Assembly: GCF_009914755.1 (NCBI RefSeq)
Contig: NC_060929.1
Direction: 5' to 3' (one strand)
DNA length: 64,000 bases
Source of the DNA: the human T2T-CHM13v2.0 reference genome, Homo sapiens
The notes under the pieces are model-generated. The model was not told the DNA's origin. It did no database searches and saw nothing but the letters and a program-made list of their open reading frames with translations. This document shows positions 31,359 to 45,920 of this stretch, piece by piece (the first letter of the stretch is position 1; the number at the start of each line of letters is the position of its first letter). The position numbers were made by a program, and so were the translations under genes.

Positions 31359-32533
31359 CTCTCTTGGTTGGGGGAAGCTCTTGCCTGTAGCCAGGGTGGG
31401 ATGGGAATCAGGAAATGATCCCAGGTTTGAGATGCGAAGGAGGCAGATTCCTGACTGCCTATGGCACTGTGCAACTCTGGATTAGAAGAAACCTGAGACA
31501 CATTTTAAACATTTTTTAAAATTAAAAATAACTTGTTTATTCACCCACTTACCTGTTCATATAAGCAAGCTCTGCCAAACACCGAGCACTATGCTGGGCC
31601 AGGAGAGGACTGAGCTGGGGCCCTCTCTCCAGAGGCCCAGCAGTAGGTGCCAGGATATAGAAGGCCCTTAACTCAGGGGGAAGGAGAGAGAAGAATGGAA
31701 GATTTCCCTCAAGAGGGTATCTATTTGAGTTGATTTTTGGTGAACCAGTAAGAATTTCCCAGCTTAACAGGGACTGGGGACTGGAGAACATTCTAGGGGA
31801 GGAAATCATGTGCATGGGCTAGGTTAGAAGAAACTCAGTATGTTCTGGAAACTATAAAGTGTGCAGCTGGGGGGTTGGAAAGGTCCAGCGAGGCCCCAAA
31901 AGGACAGAAAGCAAATGTGGGGAATGAGGTCAGCACAGCGGGGCAGCAGCAGGCAGCCCCTCTGGGAGTGGCAGGAGATGGAGAGGAGTGGCTGGCGGCA
32001 CCGTGAAGGTGAGGCAGGCTGGAACGGGTGCTCGCGCTAGGCAGCGGGCCCGGGGAAGTCTGTGGACAGAACCACCTGGGGTAGGACCGTGGTCTGAGCA
32101 CCCAGGAAAAGCCCCTGCCGGAGATCCTCCTGTCACTAGTTGCCATGGGCTAGATTCCACCATTAGAGGAGTCTTTCTTTGGCCAAAAGAATGAGACTCC
32201 AGGGGTCGTGTGAGGGTGCATTCTCAGGAAAGTGGGACACATTGACCTCTTTTGCAGGGGTTGCTCTATAGGGTCAGAGCAAATGTATGTGCTAGTAGGG
32301 GTGGGGAGCCAGCCTCGGAGTAAACCTTGAGGGCATAAGGAGAAGTACTGCTCTGGGCTCGAGGCTCAGTTAGGACACTTCAAGGTAGGCAATTGCAGGG
32401 GGCTGCTTGAGGGCACAAGGTGCCCCATATTCACAAATAAGGGTGGTGGGGAGGGAGATGAGGGGAAGAGAAACTCAGAAGAGTTTGAAGGGCCTGGGAA
32501 GCAGGTGTGCATTCTCCTTAAGCTAGCCTGGGC

Positions 32534-32543
32534 ATGACGTCAT
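32534..32543. promoter_or_regulatory. Full palindromic CRE/ATF site ATGACGTCAT
   Basis: Perfect 10-bp palindrome with the CpG retained; motif match only. Confidence 0.3.
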
Positions 32544-33523
32544 CAAGAATTTTGCTTAAGTGGTTGGGTACAATTGGTGTACACATCAAAGAATGCGGAC
32601 TTTGGATCAGGTTGGAGTTGGAACTCCACTGTTTGTCAACCACATGACCCCGGGCAAGTTATTCAACCTCTTGGAGGCTGCATTTGTAAATGGTGCTGGT
32701 ATTTACCTCATAAGTTTCTAGGATTTCATAACCCACAGTAAACACTTCATAGATGGCATATATTTGCTCACCTTTGGACACCCTGCTCCGGCATGTGGCC
32801 CCCAGCAGGTGATCAGAAAGGTCTGCCGGTTCATTTGAAGAGGAGCGGCCCCTCACCCCCAGCAGCAATGTCTAGTCTCGATTCTGACCGTGGCAGTTAA
32901 AAGTTTCTTGGAGGTCCTTTCCTAGGCACTGATGCTGGCTGGGTAGCCCTGGTGTTCGTATGTCTAGATTGAACAACTGGCAAAATCCACACTGACTTTG
33001 ACCTGAAGAGTGGCTGACTTTTCATTCTCAGAACGCTTATGCAGAATTATGGTTTCTATTGTCAGAATCTCAGTGCCTTTTTATTTAAATATTCCCCTTC
33101 ATGCCATTCCTTTAAAAGCATTATCCCTCTCATAAAGCTTATAGAGCCTATTTCCAAGAATTTTCTATAAATTCATTTAAAAGCTATCATTAGTCAACAG
33201 GCTGCTTCTGACTACAGGCAAGACTGCAGGGAAAACCTTTTCCTACGGGGAAGGGACCCAGATGTATACTTAATAGTTGTGTCTTGGACCTGTTACTAAG
33301 TGAAGATTGTTCTAGGAAAGTAGGCCTGGACTGAGGTATTAGATTTCTAATCAACAGGCTGGTCTCATTCAGAGTTTGAACCAGCACTCTGGGGGAGAAA
33401 CCACTTGTGGCCGTTGAATTACTCTGGCTAGCCTGTCTCAGAAAGACCATCCACAGCCAGGGCTAATGAGACAGTTGAAGAAAGAGAAATACTTTACCTG
33501 AGGGTTTTGGTTTTTTTTTGGCT

Positions 33524-33529
33524 TTTATT
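33524..33529 (-). terminator. Candidate distal poly(A) signal of IL6ST
   Basis: tttatt on the + strand; fits a ~6 kb UTR; another hexamer at 33080-33085 is an alternative. Confidence 0.5.
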
Positions 33530-34703
33530 TTTGTGTGTGTGGATTACCACCATATAGCTCACCATGTTATCCCAGAAAGACTACAATTTCATACAGAATG
33601 CACAGATGTTTAAATAAAAAGCCATTTAAGTGAGGGGATAATTCTCACTAAAAAAAGCTCAAAAATAAGAAATGACAATTCTAGATACACTTTTTTGACA
33701 TGTAAAATGACATAACCATAGTCACAGGGAATAAAGAATCAGGTTTGAATGTCCACAGGTTTCTAAAACTAAGCTCTGGCTTCGTATCTGTTGAAAATCT
33801 TTAGCGGTTGGGGAAAATAGCTATATTTAAAAACAAATATTGAATTTTGAGTTGAAAGGTACATTTTCCTCCCTTGATGGAGACAGAACTTTTCAGCTAT
33901 GGAGAACCCAAGCAGCCTTTCCATGATCTTACTAAGTTGTCCAAGAGCCAACCCCGATCAGCAGCAACAGGACTCAAGCTGTTCACCCTGCTTTCGAGTT
34001 GGCTGAGCTTCCTGCTGCTTTCACACATTCTTCTTTTTCTACCTCAGTTCCTCTTTGCTTGTAGTCTTTCACTCCATTAACTTGCCCAAGCACTGGACTT
34101 AAGTATGGAAGAGCCTATACGCAGTTGTAATATATTTCGTATTTTGAAAGTGTAGAAGTTTGTATTAATTTAAAAAGAAAAAGCTTAAATGGAAAGTTAA
34201 GCAATCCTGAACAAGAAAACTCTCTCACTGCCTTTGGGCTAGAGAAAGAGTATGCTCTCAAGGAGTTACATAATCTTTTCCAAAGCAGGATGGACTGTAT
34301 CTATCATACACATTAGGATAAGATGAGCCACCACACCTTAAAGAAATCAGGCTTGAGCCTATACAAGCCATAACCAAATAGAAGATTTTAAACAAAGGAG
34401 CACATAGCCCAAAGCTGACATGTTATTTCTATAAACTCTGGTATATATGTGAAGGAGTTACTGTTGGCTGGCTTGTGGGTTTTTTGACTCACTACATTTT
34501 TTTAGACAAAATCACAATGTGAAGGCACATTAATAGTTGAGATTTTCTTTTCCTTCCAGGTGGACTTGCTGACTGATTAGTTTCATATACTACTTAGTAA
34601 CCTCAAGAAGTAGCAGGAGGATGCCATGTATCAATCTTGAACTTCAAGTCTCACTGCAACAAGGATGGAGACTCCAGCAGAGTGCAGGGTGGGCACAGAC
34701 AGG

Positions 34704-34717
34704 CCACAAGATGGCGC
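34704..34717 (+). promoter_or_regulatory. Candidate CTCF site (overlapping a YY1-like AAGATGGCG)
   Basis: CCACAAGATGGCGC versus consensus CCASYAGRKGGCRS, 1 mismatch; motif match only. Confidence 0.45.
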
Positions 34718-37700
34718 AGCACCTCCATACTTGGGCTCTTGACAACCAAGTAGGTTTTTTTTTTTTTTTTTTTTTTAATGTCCACTAGGAGGGAGGATGC
34801 TACGATTTCAGACCTCAGCTATTAAATAGTAAATCTGGAAAACTAGTGGATAAATTTGCCATCTCCATTCTATGTTATTAAGACCAAGATAGTGTACTGG
34901 TTTTCTTTTAAATCACATTCCATTATGTCATTTAAAATGTCACAAAACCCACACGAAGCATCTCATTTACACTAAGATGCTTATTTAGCTAACACCACTA
35001 ATGATAAATGCTGTTACAAATATGCATAGTCAGATGATAGTAACCACATACAGAAAAAAAATTTGAACAAGTATTTATTTCTTAAAATTTACTTAAGGGA
35101 TTAGAGCTAATATATAATAGAACATTTAATATAACATTTGGAGTTATGTCAACATAAAAATAGCTGTGGTTACAATTAGCACATGCAATTCACTGCAAAG
35201 GTAAAAATACATGCTATACTCTAGACAAGCCTTCCAAATGAAGTTAGAGTAGATGGGGTAAAACAGCAAGTGAACATGAAAGGATTGCACTTAGAAGAAA
35301 GTGGGACATAGCTAGGATATAAAAGAAACATACCTAATGCTAGTCAGTCACTGCATTGTCCTACTAGCAAATTGCACATTTATTTTTAGAGTATATTCAA
35401 TACACATACATATTGAGACTAGAGAATTTTCAAATATCTACCTTTGAAATATCCCTTTGTTTCTAACACATCACATTATGGTATTAATGTAACAGCACTT
35501 AAAACCTGTAGTTATCATTCAAAGCTTGTGTTCAAGAGATAAAAGAACATCATTCAGACAAAGCCTGTGTTCAAGAAATAAAAAAAACATCTATCACTAT
35601 CGGCCTTAAATGCATCTCATCACACGACCCATCAACTTTAATGAAATGGGTAATGAAGTTAAACTAACCAGTTTGTACAAACTATTGACTGAGAAAAAGC
35701 CCTTAAAAATTTAGGAACAAATGAGCAACAGAAGAGCTCACCCTGAGCTGCCACCTTTTAATTTTTAATGCAATGTATATGAGAATATCATGCTAATGCA
35801 CATACTAGTAGCATGTATGATGGAAAAAAATAGGTTAATGCAAAAGATAATACGCTTGGCTTTGTAAAGTTTTGTTTTGACTTACATCATCTGAATTCTG
35901 TTTATCGAGTCTGAAAAGGAACTGCTGCCAAGGACCAGTCCAAAGAAGAATTAGGCTGTAAGACTGCTAGTTCATACCTTCTTTGAAATCAATGACAATG
36001 TCCAATTTTAGGCTAATCCTAAAACACTTGCCATTTTATGACTCCATATTCTTTTAATTTACAGAAAAGTACAAATTTTTTAGAAAGTAATCTTATCAGC
36101 ACAATATAATCTAACAATACCTGTAATAGAAAGCTATCCCAGTAAATTTTTTTTGAACAATTGAACTTTTGTCTTATGCAGCTTATAACTTTGTTATTTT
36201 ATTCATCTCAACAAAATAAAACTTTATTGAAACAAAAGTGTATGGTTTAGGAATATGCTCTTAATAACAACTGAGCAAAATTAGAATGATGTGGACTATA
36301 ACAGAATGAAGGAAGATCTCTCCTGCTTGATGTACTTGGTCAATATATGTTAGTAAACAGAAATATTTTAGGGAATTCTATGATTATTCTACTTCTACAT
36401 TTACATGTCATGGTTTTAACTAGTTAAATGGGTAGAAAAAAGACATCTTTAATAATTGATTTCTATTTCTCAAACTAGATGCTCTACTTTAAATATGAGC
36501 TTTAATGAATGTTTTGTAACATTTTAAAGTTGTAACATTTCTAAGTATACTCCACTAACTTCACAATAAGAGCTAGGGTCACTGGATGACTTCATGTGGT
36601 AAAATCCCTTATCAAGGAATAAGGCTGAAATTTAAATGAACAATTAGGTAGAGAAGAGGTATGAACACAGAACATGTGAATGAAATTTGCTTTTTTTCCT
36701 TGCTGCTGTTCCCGAGTGCCGACTGATCCATAGTAAAAAAGGACAAGATTAAAATTTTAGGTTTTAATGGTACAAAGTGTGAAGTTTTATAGTTTTCTAA
36801 TAATTATTCAGTATTATCCCTTTCAGAGATGAGGGTAGGATACCACAGACATCAGTAACTGACAAGTTATAATATCAACACATGTAACATTTGGGTCATT
36901 ATTTTATAACCCTAAAGGGAGCAACTGCAGGTGCAGAAGCAGTGAGTGAACTAGTTTTGTCCAGACAAGGTTTTCTGATGTGCTATTACTTTAAACACCA
37001 CTTTTGGACACTAAAGATTTAAAGTGATAAAGCCACTAACTAACTTTATTAGACTAGTTTTTACATAAATAACCAGATTTCTTTGCCTACCTAAAGTACA
37101 ATTTACATGCATCAACACATAGATTATTCTAAGACATGCTTGGGAAAGTAATTTTGAATGTAAAAAGTTTTATAATTTATTTTCTCCTTAGGGCAGGTGT
37201 ACATTACATATTAGTGCTCAAATATATGTTCATTTCCAGAATGAATTTTTGCACAGTAATCATATATCCATTTAATATGTATAAAGTGTTCTTGGGGATG
37301 GGGGTATATTCACTCACTGTACCATGTTTTATACAGGCTTCAACATGCAAATTTGTTTATATCATGGCCTTCAATGATCCTCCATTCTCATTCCTGTAGA
37401 TTAAGAGTTCATATTGTATATCTGACCCTGAAATGTACAAACTTCACACTACAACATTCTTCATGACACTATTTGTTATGAGGAAAGTTGCAGCTAAATA
37501 TTAGTCATGTGACTTAAATTTTGAGAAAATGGAAAATGTAATAGGTATAAATTTCCTGACACATACAGCAAGACAAATCCAGCCCAGCCTTTGATGATCA
37601 ACTTAAAAGCTGGAGATGTCATTATCTTGTTGTGTAAATTTGGGTCTATCCCTACCTTTACTTCTCTGTGCCTGATTTTCCTCATCTACTTTGAATTCGT

Positions 37701-38536
37701 CATTCTATTAATCTACTTTTGCCTAAAGTGGGAAACTGAATATATCAGAATGAAACATCTATTTTTTTCATAAAGAAGATCATATAATATGTGAAAGAAC
37801 TTTGAAAGGATGAGGCATTATATAAATGCAAGAATATAAAAGATAAACAGGAAGTCTAATGTGAACAATATTCTGAGAGTAAAAAGTGTAATTATATTTC
37901 CATTGTAAATGTATACCAAGTTTTCTTAGCTTTCTATTCTCCAATAACCTCTAGAAACTATTCTAAGCATGCCTGGTTTCTGTAACTTAAATATGGCATA
38001 AAAACCTGTTTCCTTTGAATTCACTTGATAGCAGTAGTCAATCACTAATAACGCTTGCTAATTTCCTCTTACTTTCTAAGAAAACCCCTATATTTAGCAT
38101 CTGCTTCCATATCGCACGTGGTGGTTAGGGGACAGCATAAGTACACTAGCGGCTTTAGCACTAAACTCGAGGCCTGGGTCACTTCTCCCTTGAAGAAAAA
38201 AGGTTTTAAAAATTCCTAAATCACAATGTAGAACTAAGTTCCACCCTACCTCAGAACTGCAGACATTAAAATACCATCTCTTTATTAAGTGTCTCTACAA
38301 TAATGATATTTGCTAAGAACAAGATGTACATTTTTTGGGGTTCTGTTTTGTTTTGGCAAATATTGCCCAAGTTGTCTTAGTGTGCCTCAAACATTTACTA
38401 AAAATAAAAAAATTTAAATCTTTGCCTACTTATTTAAAAATAAAAAAAAATACTCAAAACAAATTTAAGCTGAAGATATATACTGTATAAAGTGTTCATC
38501 TACCCAGTACTCTGAAGTCTTAAGAAAAGTCAATGA

Positions 38537-38586
38537 TATGTGTGTGTATATGTGTGTGTATATATATATATATATATATACACACA
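38537..38586. repeat. (TG)/(TA)/(CA) compound microsatellite in the IL6ST 3'UTR
   Basis: Read directly. Confidence 0.9.
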
Positions 38587-39508
38587 TTAGCAATTTAAGC
38601 CTTTTAACATGCCAATTTTTTAGATGCTTTATTGGTTTTTTTTCCCCTTTACTACTACTTCCTGTTTTCCCCTTTACTACTACAATTTAAGCCTTTAAAA
38701 ATGGCAATTTTTTAGATGCTTGAGATAGTTTGGGGGATCCCTAGCTCTTATCATGGCACTCTGTTGAGTTTGTGAAATGCATCTTCAAAGAGGTTGTCAA
38801 TAATATGCAAATTTTTGAAAACTAGTGAGATTACTAATTATTGATGAATAAAAAATGAGTACTTTTAATCTGCCAAGTTAAAGCTCTAGAATTCCTTTTC
38901 TCCAGTAATAACTCGCAGCATCACTACCAATGGAAGGGACCTAAGGAATACCGTGTACACTGATATACACGAAGCTGCTCCTCATTTTTTTGTCAGATTA
39001 CAAAAGCTGGGCTCATGTAGTTATGGCCTATGGACCTCTTTTTAAGTTATTTTAGCAGAAGTAGATGATGGTCTACACCTTGCTCCTCTTTTATATTAAC
39101 TGTCCCTAAGCCACTCTGATGACTATTCTAATCAAAATCAGTATAGCTGTGCTCACTAAGCATATCACTGCTTATTATTCAAATACCTTCTGTTTTCTAT
39201 GTAGCAAAACAAAAAGTTTTATAAATTTCAGATAAGCTTTCTGTTTTTCTTCAGTGCAAACATCCTGAAACAGCACAAAATCATTCAGCTAGTCTGAGGA
39301 TAAAGTCAGTTTATGTAGTGCTTAAAGTAGAATCCCAGATATTCTGGAATGGAAATAGCTCATGTGAAACTTCAGTTCATTTTTGTCCTTAAGGGCAAAT
39401 GATCATCTTCAGAGAGTGAAGACTTTTTAAAATCTGAATTCACAGATAAAATCATTTTAGCTTTACTTTATAGGTACTGCTGAAGTTGTAGCAGGAACTA
39501 CTAGTCCT

Positions 39509-40246
39509 TCACTGAGGCATGTAGCCGCCTTGCCGTACAGTCTGTGGTAAGTAACTTTTAGGCATGCCTTCATCAGTCGCAGCCTCCATGCCAACTGTTT
39601 CAAATCTTTCTACTTGTCCCTCAGTACCTGGACCAAAAGCATCTGCTGCAGAAACTTCCTGAAACATTTTCATTTGCCCAGATCCACAGGATTGTGAAAT
39701 ATGATCTGAAATCTGCTGTTTAAGTCTAACAAAATCTTCCTCATTGACTGATGAAACTTGCTTTGACCTTTCAAAATGTGAAATATCTGGACTGGATTCA
39801 TGCTGACTGCAGTTCTGTTTGAAGTACTGTTGCCTGGGCAAAATACCATCACCGCCATCTACATGATCTACTAATTGTAGATCTTCTGGCCGCTCCTCTG
39901 AATCTAACAAGGGCTGGGTAGACTCGGATCTTGAGAAGACTTGGACTGACGGAACTTGGTGTCTGTAGCCACTGTGTACCACGGTAGAATACTGGACAGT
40001 GCTCGAAGTGTTTTGTGAAGATTCATTTTCATCACTGCTAGAAATGCTTGGCCTAGAAGATGACATGCATGAAGACCCCCCAATACCACTGCTGTGTCCT
40101 TCAGTATTAATTTTTTCCTTTTTGAACAGGTCCAATGATTTCAGATCTTCTGGAAAAGGCTTTTTGTCATTTGCTTCTATTTCCACAACACTTACATCAG
40201 TGAAATTGCCATCTGAATACATTTGATCTTTTGAATTAAAATTGTG
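39509..40246 (-). CDS. IL6ST: IL6ST terminal coding exon 17: box2, YSTV (SHP2/SOCS3 site), STQPLL dileucine motif, four YxxQ STAT3 motifs
   Basis: ccttag|CAC AAT TTT...ATG CCT CAG TGA; HNFNSKDQMYSDG...YRHQ...YFKQ...YLPQ...YMPQ*. Confidence 0.98.
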   Translation of the reverse strand, partial: HNFNSKDQMYSDGNFTDVSVVEIEANDKKPFPEDLKSLDLFKKEKINTEGHSSGIGGSSCMSSSRPSISSSDENESSQNTSSTVQYSTVVHSGYRHQVPSVQVFSRSESTQPLLDSEERPEDLQLVDHVDGGDGILPRQQYFKQNCSQHESSPDISHFERSKQVSSVNEEDFVRLKQQISDHISQSCGSGQMKMFQEVSAADAFGPGTEGQVERFETVGMEAATDEGMPKSYLPQTVRQGGYMPQ

Positions 40247-41002
40247 CTAAGGAAGAGAAAAAATTGTATATGGCAAGTATTAGTTAAAGCCACAGAGCTA
40301 ATGCATCTCTGAAACTTCCCAGTAACTCTCAGTGGTACAGAAATAACCTGTATTATGTCACTAAGTCACTGTCAACTACCCAAAATGCAGATACTATAAA
40401 ATGAGTCTAAGTAGTCTAAATCAATATTGTTGGTGTTACATTTTGATAAGCTAATGGTCTACAAGTAGTATTTAATATTTCATGCCTAGACTAGGCAGCC
40501 TAGGATTAACTGGACAGAAAACTAGAAAACATTAAGGAAAATCAAACCTGAATGACAGAGATTTTGTAGAATATAAAAATACATAATACATTTTAATCTG
40601 TTAATATAAAATTTAAGGACTACCGGAGGATAATAAATATAAATGAGTTCCCCTTTGGGGCATATTTAAAATTCAGAGTTTAGAGTAGGTTCCCAGAGAT
40701 CATTTCATCAGTGCTAAAATGATAAACTGTTGAACTTGGTTTTAATACTCAACCCAAAATGCTTGAGGTAGTTACCATCACATAGCAGTTTCAGCACCTC
40801 AAGTTTTCAGTTTGCAAGTTCAACCAAACATCTGTAATGTGTACTAAACAATTTAAAATATCAGAACAAATATACTATGATGGTGATAAAACCCCTAAAA
40901 TATGTCATACATATTAAATTTTGATTAAAATTTTCAGTTATGTACTGTTTTATCTTCATTTACTTTTTGATTCAGCTTGAATATCTTATCTTTTGGTACA
41001 TT

Positions 41003-41054
41003 TGTAGATACTCAATATACCTACTAACTGTAGATACTCAATATACCTACTAAC
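41003..41054. repeat. Perfect 26-bp tandem duplication
   Basis: (tgtagatactcaatatacctactaac)2. Confidence 0.92.
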
Positions 41055-41096
41055 ATGTCTGTATATTATAAACAACTCAGAAGCATTTTCTCTTAC

Positions 41097-41178
41097 CCTT
41101 GGAGGAGTGTGAGGTGACCACTGGGCAATATGACTCTTTGAAGGATCTGGAACATTAGGCCAGATGTGTTTTTTAATT
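41097..41178 (-). CDS. IL6ST: IL6ST box1 exon 16, 82 bp
   Basis: cttcag|A ATT AAA...CCA AGG|gtaaga; (L)IKKHIWPNVPDPSKSHIAQWSPHTPPR. Confidence 0.97.
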
Positions 41179-42081
41179 CTGAAGAGAAAAGAAAAATGGC
41201 CTATGTAAAACCACACATAATAAACAATAAATAGTCCCTATTTCTAAACATGTTCATCAAAGACTCTTACAAACCAAACCAATTACCTAAATGAACAAAA
41301 AATACCTACTCTACCCCAAACAAAAATTATTTTTCTTATAACCAATAGAAAAATACTGTTGAAAATGCATAAGGATTATAATGTATTCATAATGAATTAA
41401 CAAAGCTAAATCTAATCAGTGTTCAAATTTTTTTTTAAACTCTCAAAATTCTGCAATTAAAACCACTTAAAATCTTTACCCAGGCCACATGTTGTGGTAT
41501 TCCAATTAAAAGAATCCAGATAACAAATTAATGTTCCCACTGATACCAAAAAAGTTCAAATATAAAAATCAAATTTAAAAAAGTGACTGAGAATGGTGCT
41601 TCAAAGAGTGAGAGCCTACCAGACTGACTCTCCTGTAGGAAATACCTATAACATTTGGAAGTAATATAAAAAGTAGTAAAGCTGACAACCTAGACAAACC
41701 AATGAATGAATCCTTGAAAGACACAAATTACCAAAACAGATTGAAGAAAAAGAAAGCTATATTTATAAAGAAATTGAATTTTTAATTAAAAACCTTCCCA
41801 CAAAACTCTGGGCAAAAGGAAACAATTGTATTAATACTATACAAACTCTTTCAGAAAACAGAGGAGGTAACATGTTCCCATTCATTTTATGAGGCCAGTA
41901 TTATCCTGATTTTAAAACCAGACAGATAAGGCACATAAAGACAGACTAACTTCACTCATGAACACAGATGCAAACAGTATTAAACTGAATGCAGCAAAAT
42001 CCAAGGAATGCAAAGATGTTATATGAAAAATCAATAAAATGCACCATATTCATGGAAGGAAGGAGAAAAACCATATGATCA

Positions 42082-42540
<459 letters not shown>

Positions 42541-43045
42541 CTACAGCTAACATCACATGTGATGGTGAAAGACTAAATACTTTCACCTCTAAAATTAGGA
42601 ACAAAGCAATGCTCTTATATGGTCTAGATGTACTATATGTACTAGAGGTCTTAGCCAGTGCATTAAGACAATAAAAAGAACTAAAAGCATAAAGATTAGA
42701 ACAACTATAATTACTCCCAAGAAGCATGATTGTGTATCTAGAAAATCCTAAGGATCCAAAAAGCTACTAATAAATGAATTTATCAAAGTCTCAGTATACA
42801 TGATGAATATATTTTAAAAAATCAATTGCATTTCTATATACTAAGAATTAGAAAATATTTTTAAACATTTCATTTATAATAACAAAAAATACTTTTGTCA
42901 TGAATTCAAAAAAAGTTATGCAAGGCCTGTCTACTGAAAACTACAAAACACTGCAAAAGTAAATTAAACAAAACCCAAATAAATAAAGAAATAAACCAGG
43001 TTCACGGATTGAAAGACTCAGTAGCGTTAAGACTGCAGTTCTCTC

Positions 43046-43484
<439 letters not shown>

Positions 43485-44064
43485 AAGACTGCAGTTCTCT
43501 CCTATAGATTCAATTAAATCTGACCTATAGATTCAATAAAATCCCAATCAAAACTATAGTTTTAAAAAAGTTGACAAGCTGAATTAAAATGTATATGAAA
43601 AGGCAAAGAACCTAGCCAAAATAACTTCTTTAAAAAAAGAACACACTGGAAGAATTCTACCTATTTTCAAAATTTACTATAGAGCTATACTCATCAAGGC
43701 AATGTGGTATTGGCATAAGAACGGACATATATACATTTATGAAACAGAAGTGAGAGTATGGAAATAGATACAGACTTATAAAGACAATTGCTTTTGGCAA
43801 AGGTACCAAAGCAATTCAATGGGGAAAAGACACTCTTTTCAAAATAAATGACAATGGAATTAGACATCTGAAGGAACAAAATGAACCTTGACCCTGACCT
43901 CACACCATGCACAAAAATAACCTGAAATGGATCATAGACTAAGAGCTGAAACTATTGAACTTATGGAAGAAAACATGAGAAAATATTTTGATACTGTGTT
44001 TGGCAGGACACAAAACTCAGGAACCACAGAAAAAAAACTGATAAAATGAACTTCATCAAAATAA

Positions 44065-44358
<294 letters not shown>

Positions 44359-44961
44359 AAAACTTCTGCTTTTCTAAAGCCACAGTTAAGACAAAAAAAC
44401 AAAGCACAGACTGGGACAAAAGTTTGCAAAACGTATTTAACAATGTTGTAACCAGAACATATAAAGCACTCTTATAGCTCAATTATAAACAAAATAACCC
44501 AATTTGAAAATGGGTAAAAGATTTCAATAGACACATCACAAAAGAAAATATGTAAGTGACACATGAAAAGATCCATTACTAGTCATCGGAGAAATGAAAA
44601 TTAAAACGATATAGTACTACACACCCACTAGAATGAAAGAAGTCTGACAGCACTAAGTGTTGGTGATAATATGGAACACTGCTGGAGGCAATCCAAGATG
44701 GTGTAGCCACTCTGAAAAAGTTTGGCAGTTTCTTATAAAGTTGAACATATACTTACCATATGACCCAGCACTCTCACTCCTATTATTTGTTCAAGATAAA
44801 GGAAAACATATGCTCGCACAGTTTTGTATGTGAATATTCATAGCAACATTATTTATAATAGCTAAAAATTAGAAACAACCTAAACTTCCATAACAGATCA
44901 GTCTAAGTTTTGATATATCCATACTACAGAATACTGTTCAGCAATAAAAAGGAAAAAGGTA

Positions 44962-45645
44962 GGCCAGGTGTGGTGACTCATGCCTGTAATCCCAGCACTT
45001 TTGGGAAGCCAAGGTGGGTGGATCACTTGAGGTCCGGAGTTCGAGACCAGCCTGGCCAACATGATGAAACTCCGTCTCAACTGTAAATACAAAAATTAGC
45101 TGGGCATGGTGGCAAGTGCCTGTAATCCCAGTTACTCAAGAGGCTGAGGCAGGAGAATCACCTGAACTCAGGAGGTAGAGGTTGCAGTGAGCCAAGATCA
45201 TGCCACTGTACTCCAGTAAGGGAACAGAGTGAGACTCCATCTCAAAAAAAAAAAAAGGGAGAAGTATATGCAACATCATGGATGAATCTCAAAAATATTA
45301 TGTAAAAGACATACGCAAAAGACTACACGCTATGTGATTCTATTTATATAAAATTCTTGGCCGTGGCTCACACCTGTAATCCCAGCACTTTGGGAGGCTG
45401 AGGGTGGATCCCCTGAGGTCAGGAGTTCGAGACCAGCCTGGCCAACATGGTGATACCCCATCTCTACTAAAAATACAAAAAATTAGCTGGGTGTGGTGGT
45501 GGGCGCCTGTAATCCTAGCTACTTTGAAGGCTGAGGCAGGAGTCTGAACCAGGGAGGCAGAGGTTGTAGTGAACTGAGATCGCACCACTGCACTCCATCC
45601 TGGGCAACAAGAGTGAAACTCTGTCTCAAAATAGATAGATAAATA
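44962..45645 (+). mobile_element. Two Alus (44962-45256, 45359-45645) in L1
   Basis: Alu consensus; second has TSD aaaattct. Confidence 0.9.
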
Positions 45646-45920
45646 AAAATTCTAGAAAAGGCAAAACTACAGTTACAGAAAAGCAGATCAATGACTGCCT
45701 GGGGTTGGGCTGAGAAGAAGACAGATTACAAAGGAGAACAAGGAAGCTTTATAAAAGTGATGAAAATGTTCTATATTGTGATTATGGTGGTAGTTATACA
45801 TCTGTATGTAATTACAAAAATTCATCAAACTGTACACTTAAAATGGATAAATTTTATTGCATGTAAATTCAGCTCAATAAAGCTGGGGGAAAATGCAAAA
45901 ATATGAATAAAGTTACTTAC

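Larger units (their letters stand above)
33500..39508 (-). other. IL6ST: IL6ST long AU-rich 3'UTR (distal end approximate)
   Basis: ~6 kb AT-rich, Alu-free stretch after the stop; minus-strand AATAAA at 38628-38633, 38281-38286, 37045-37050, 36223-36228, 35074-35079, 33524-33529. Confidence 0.75.
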
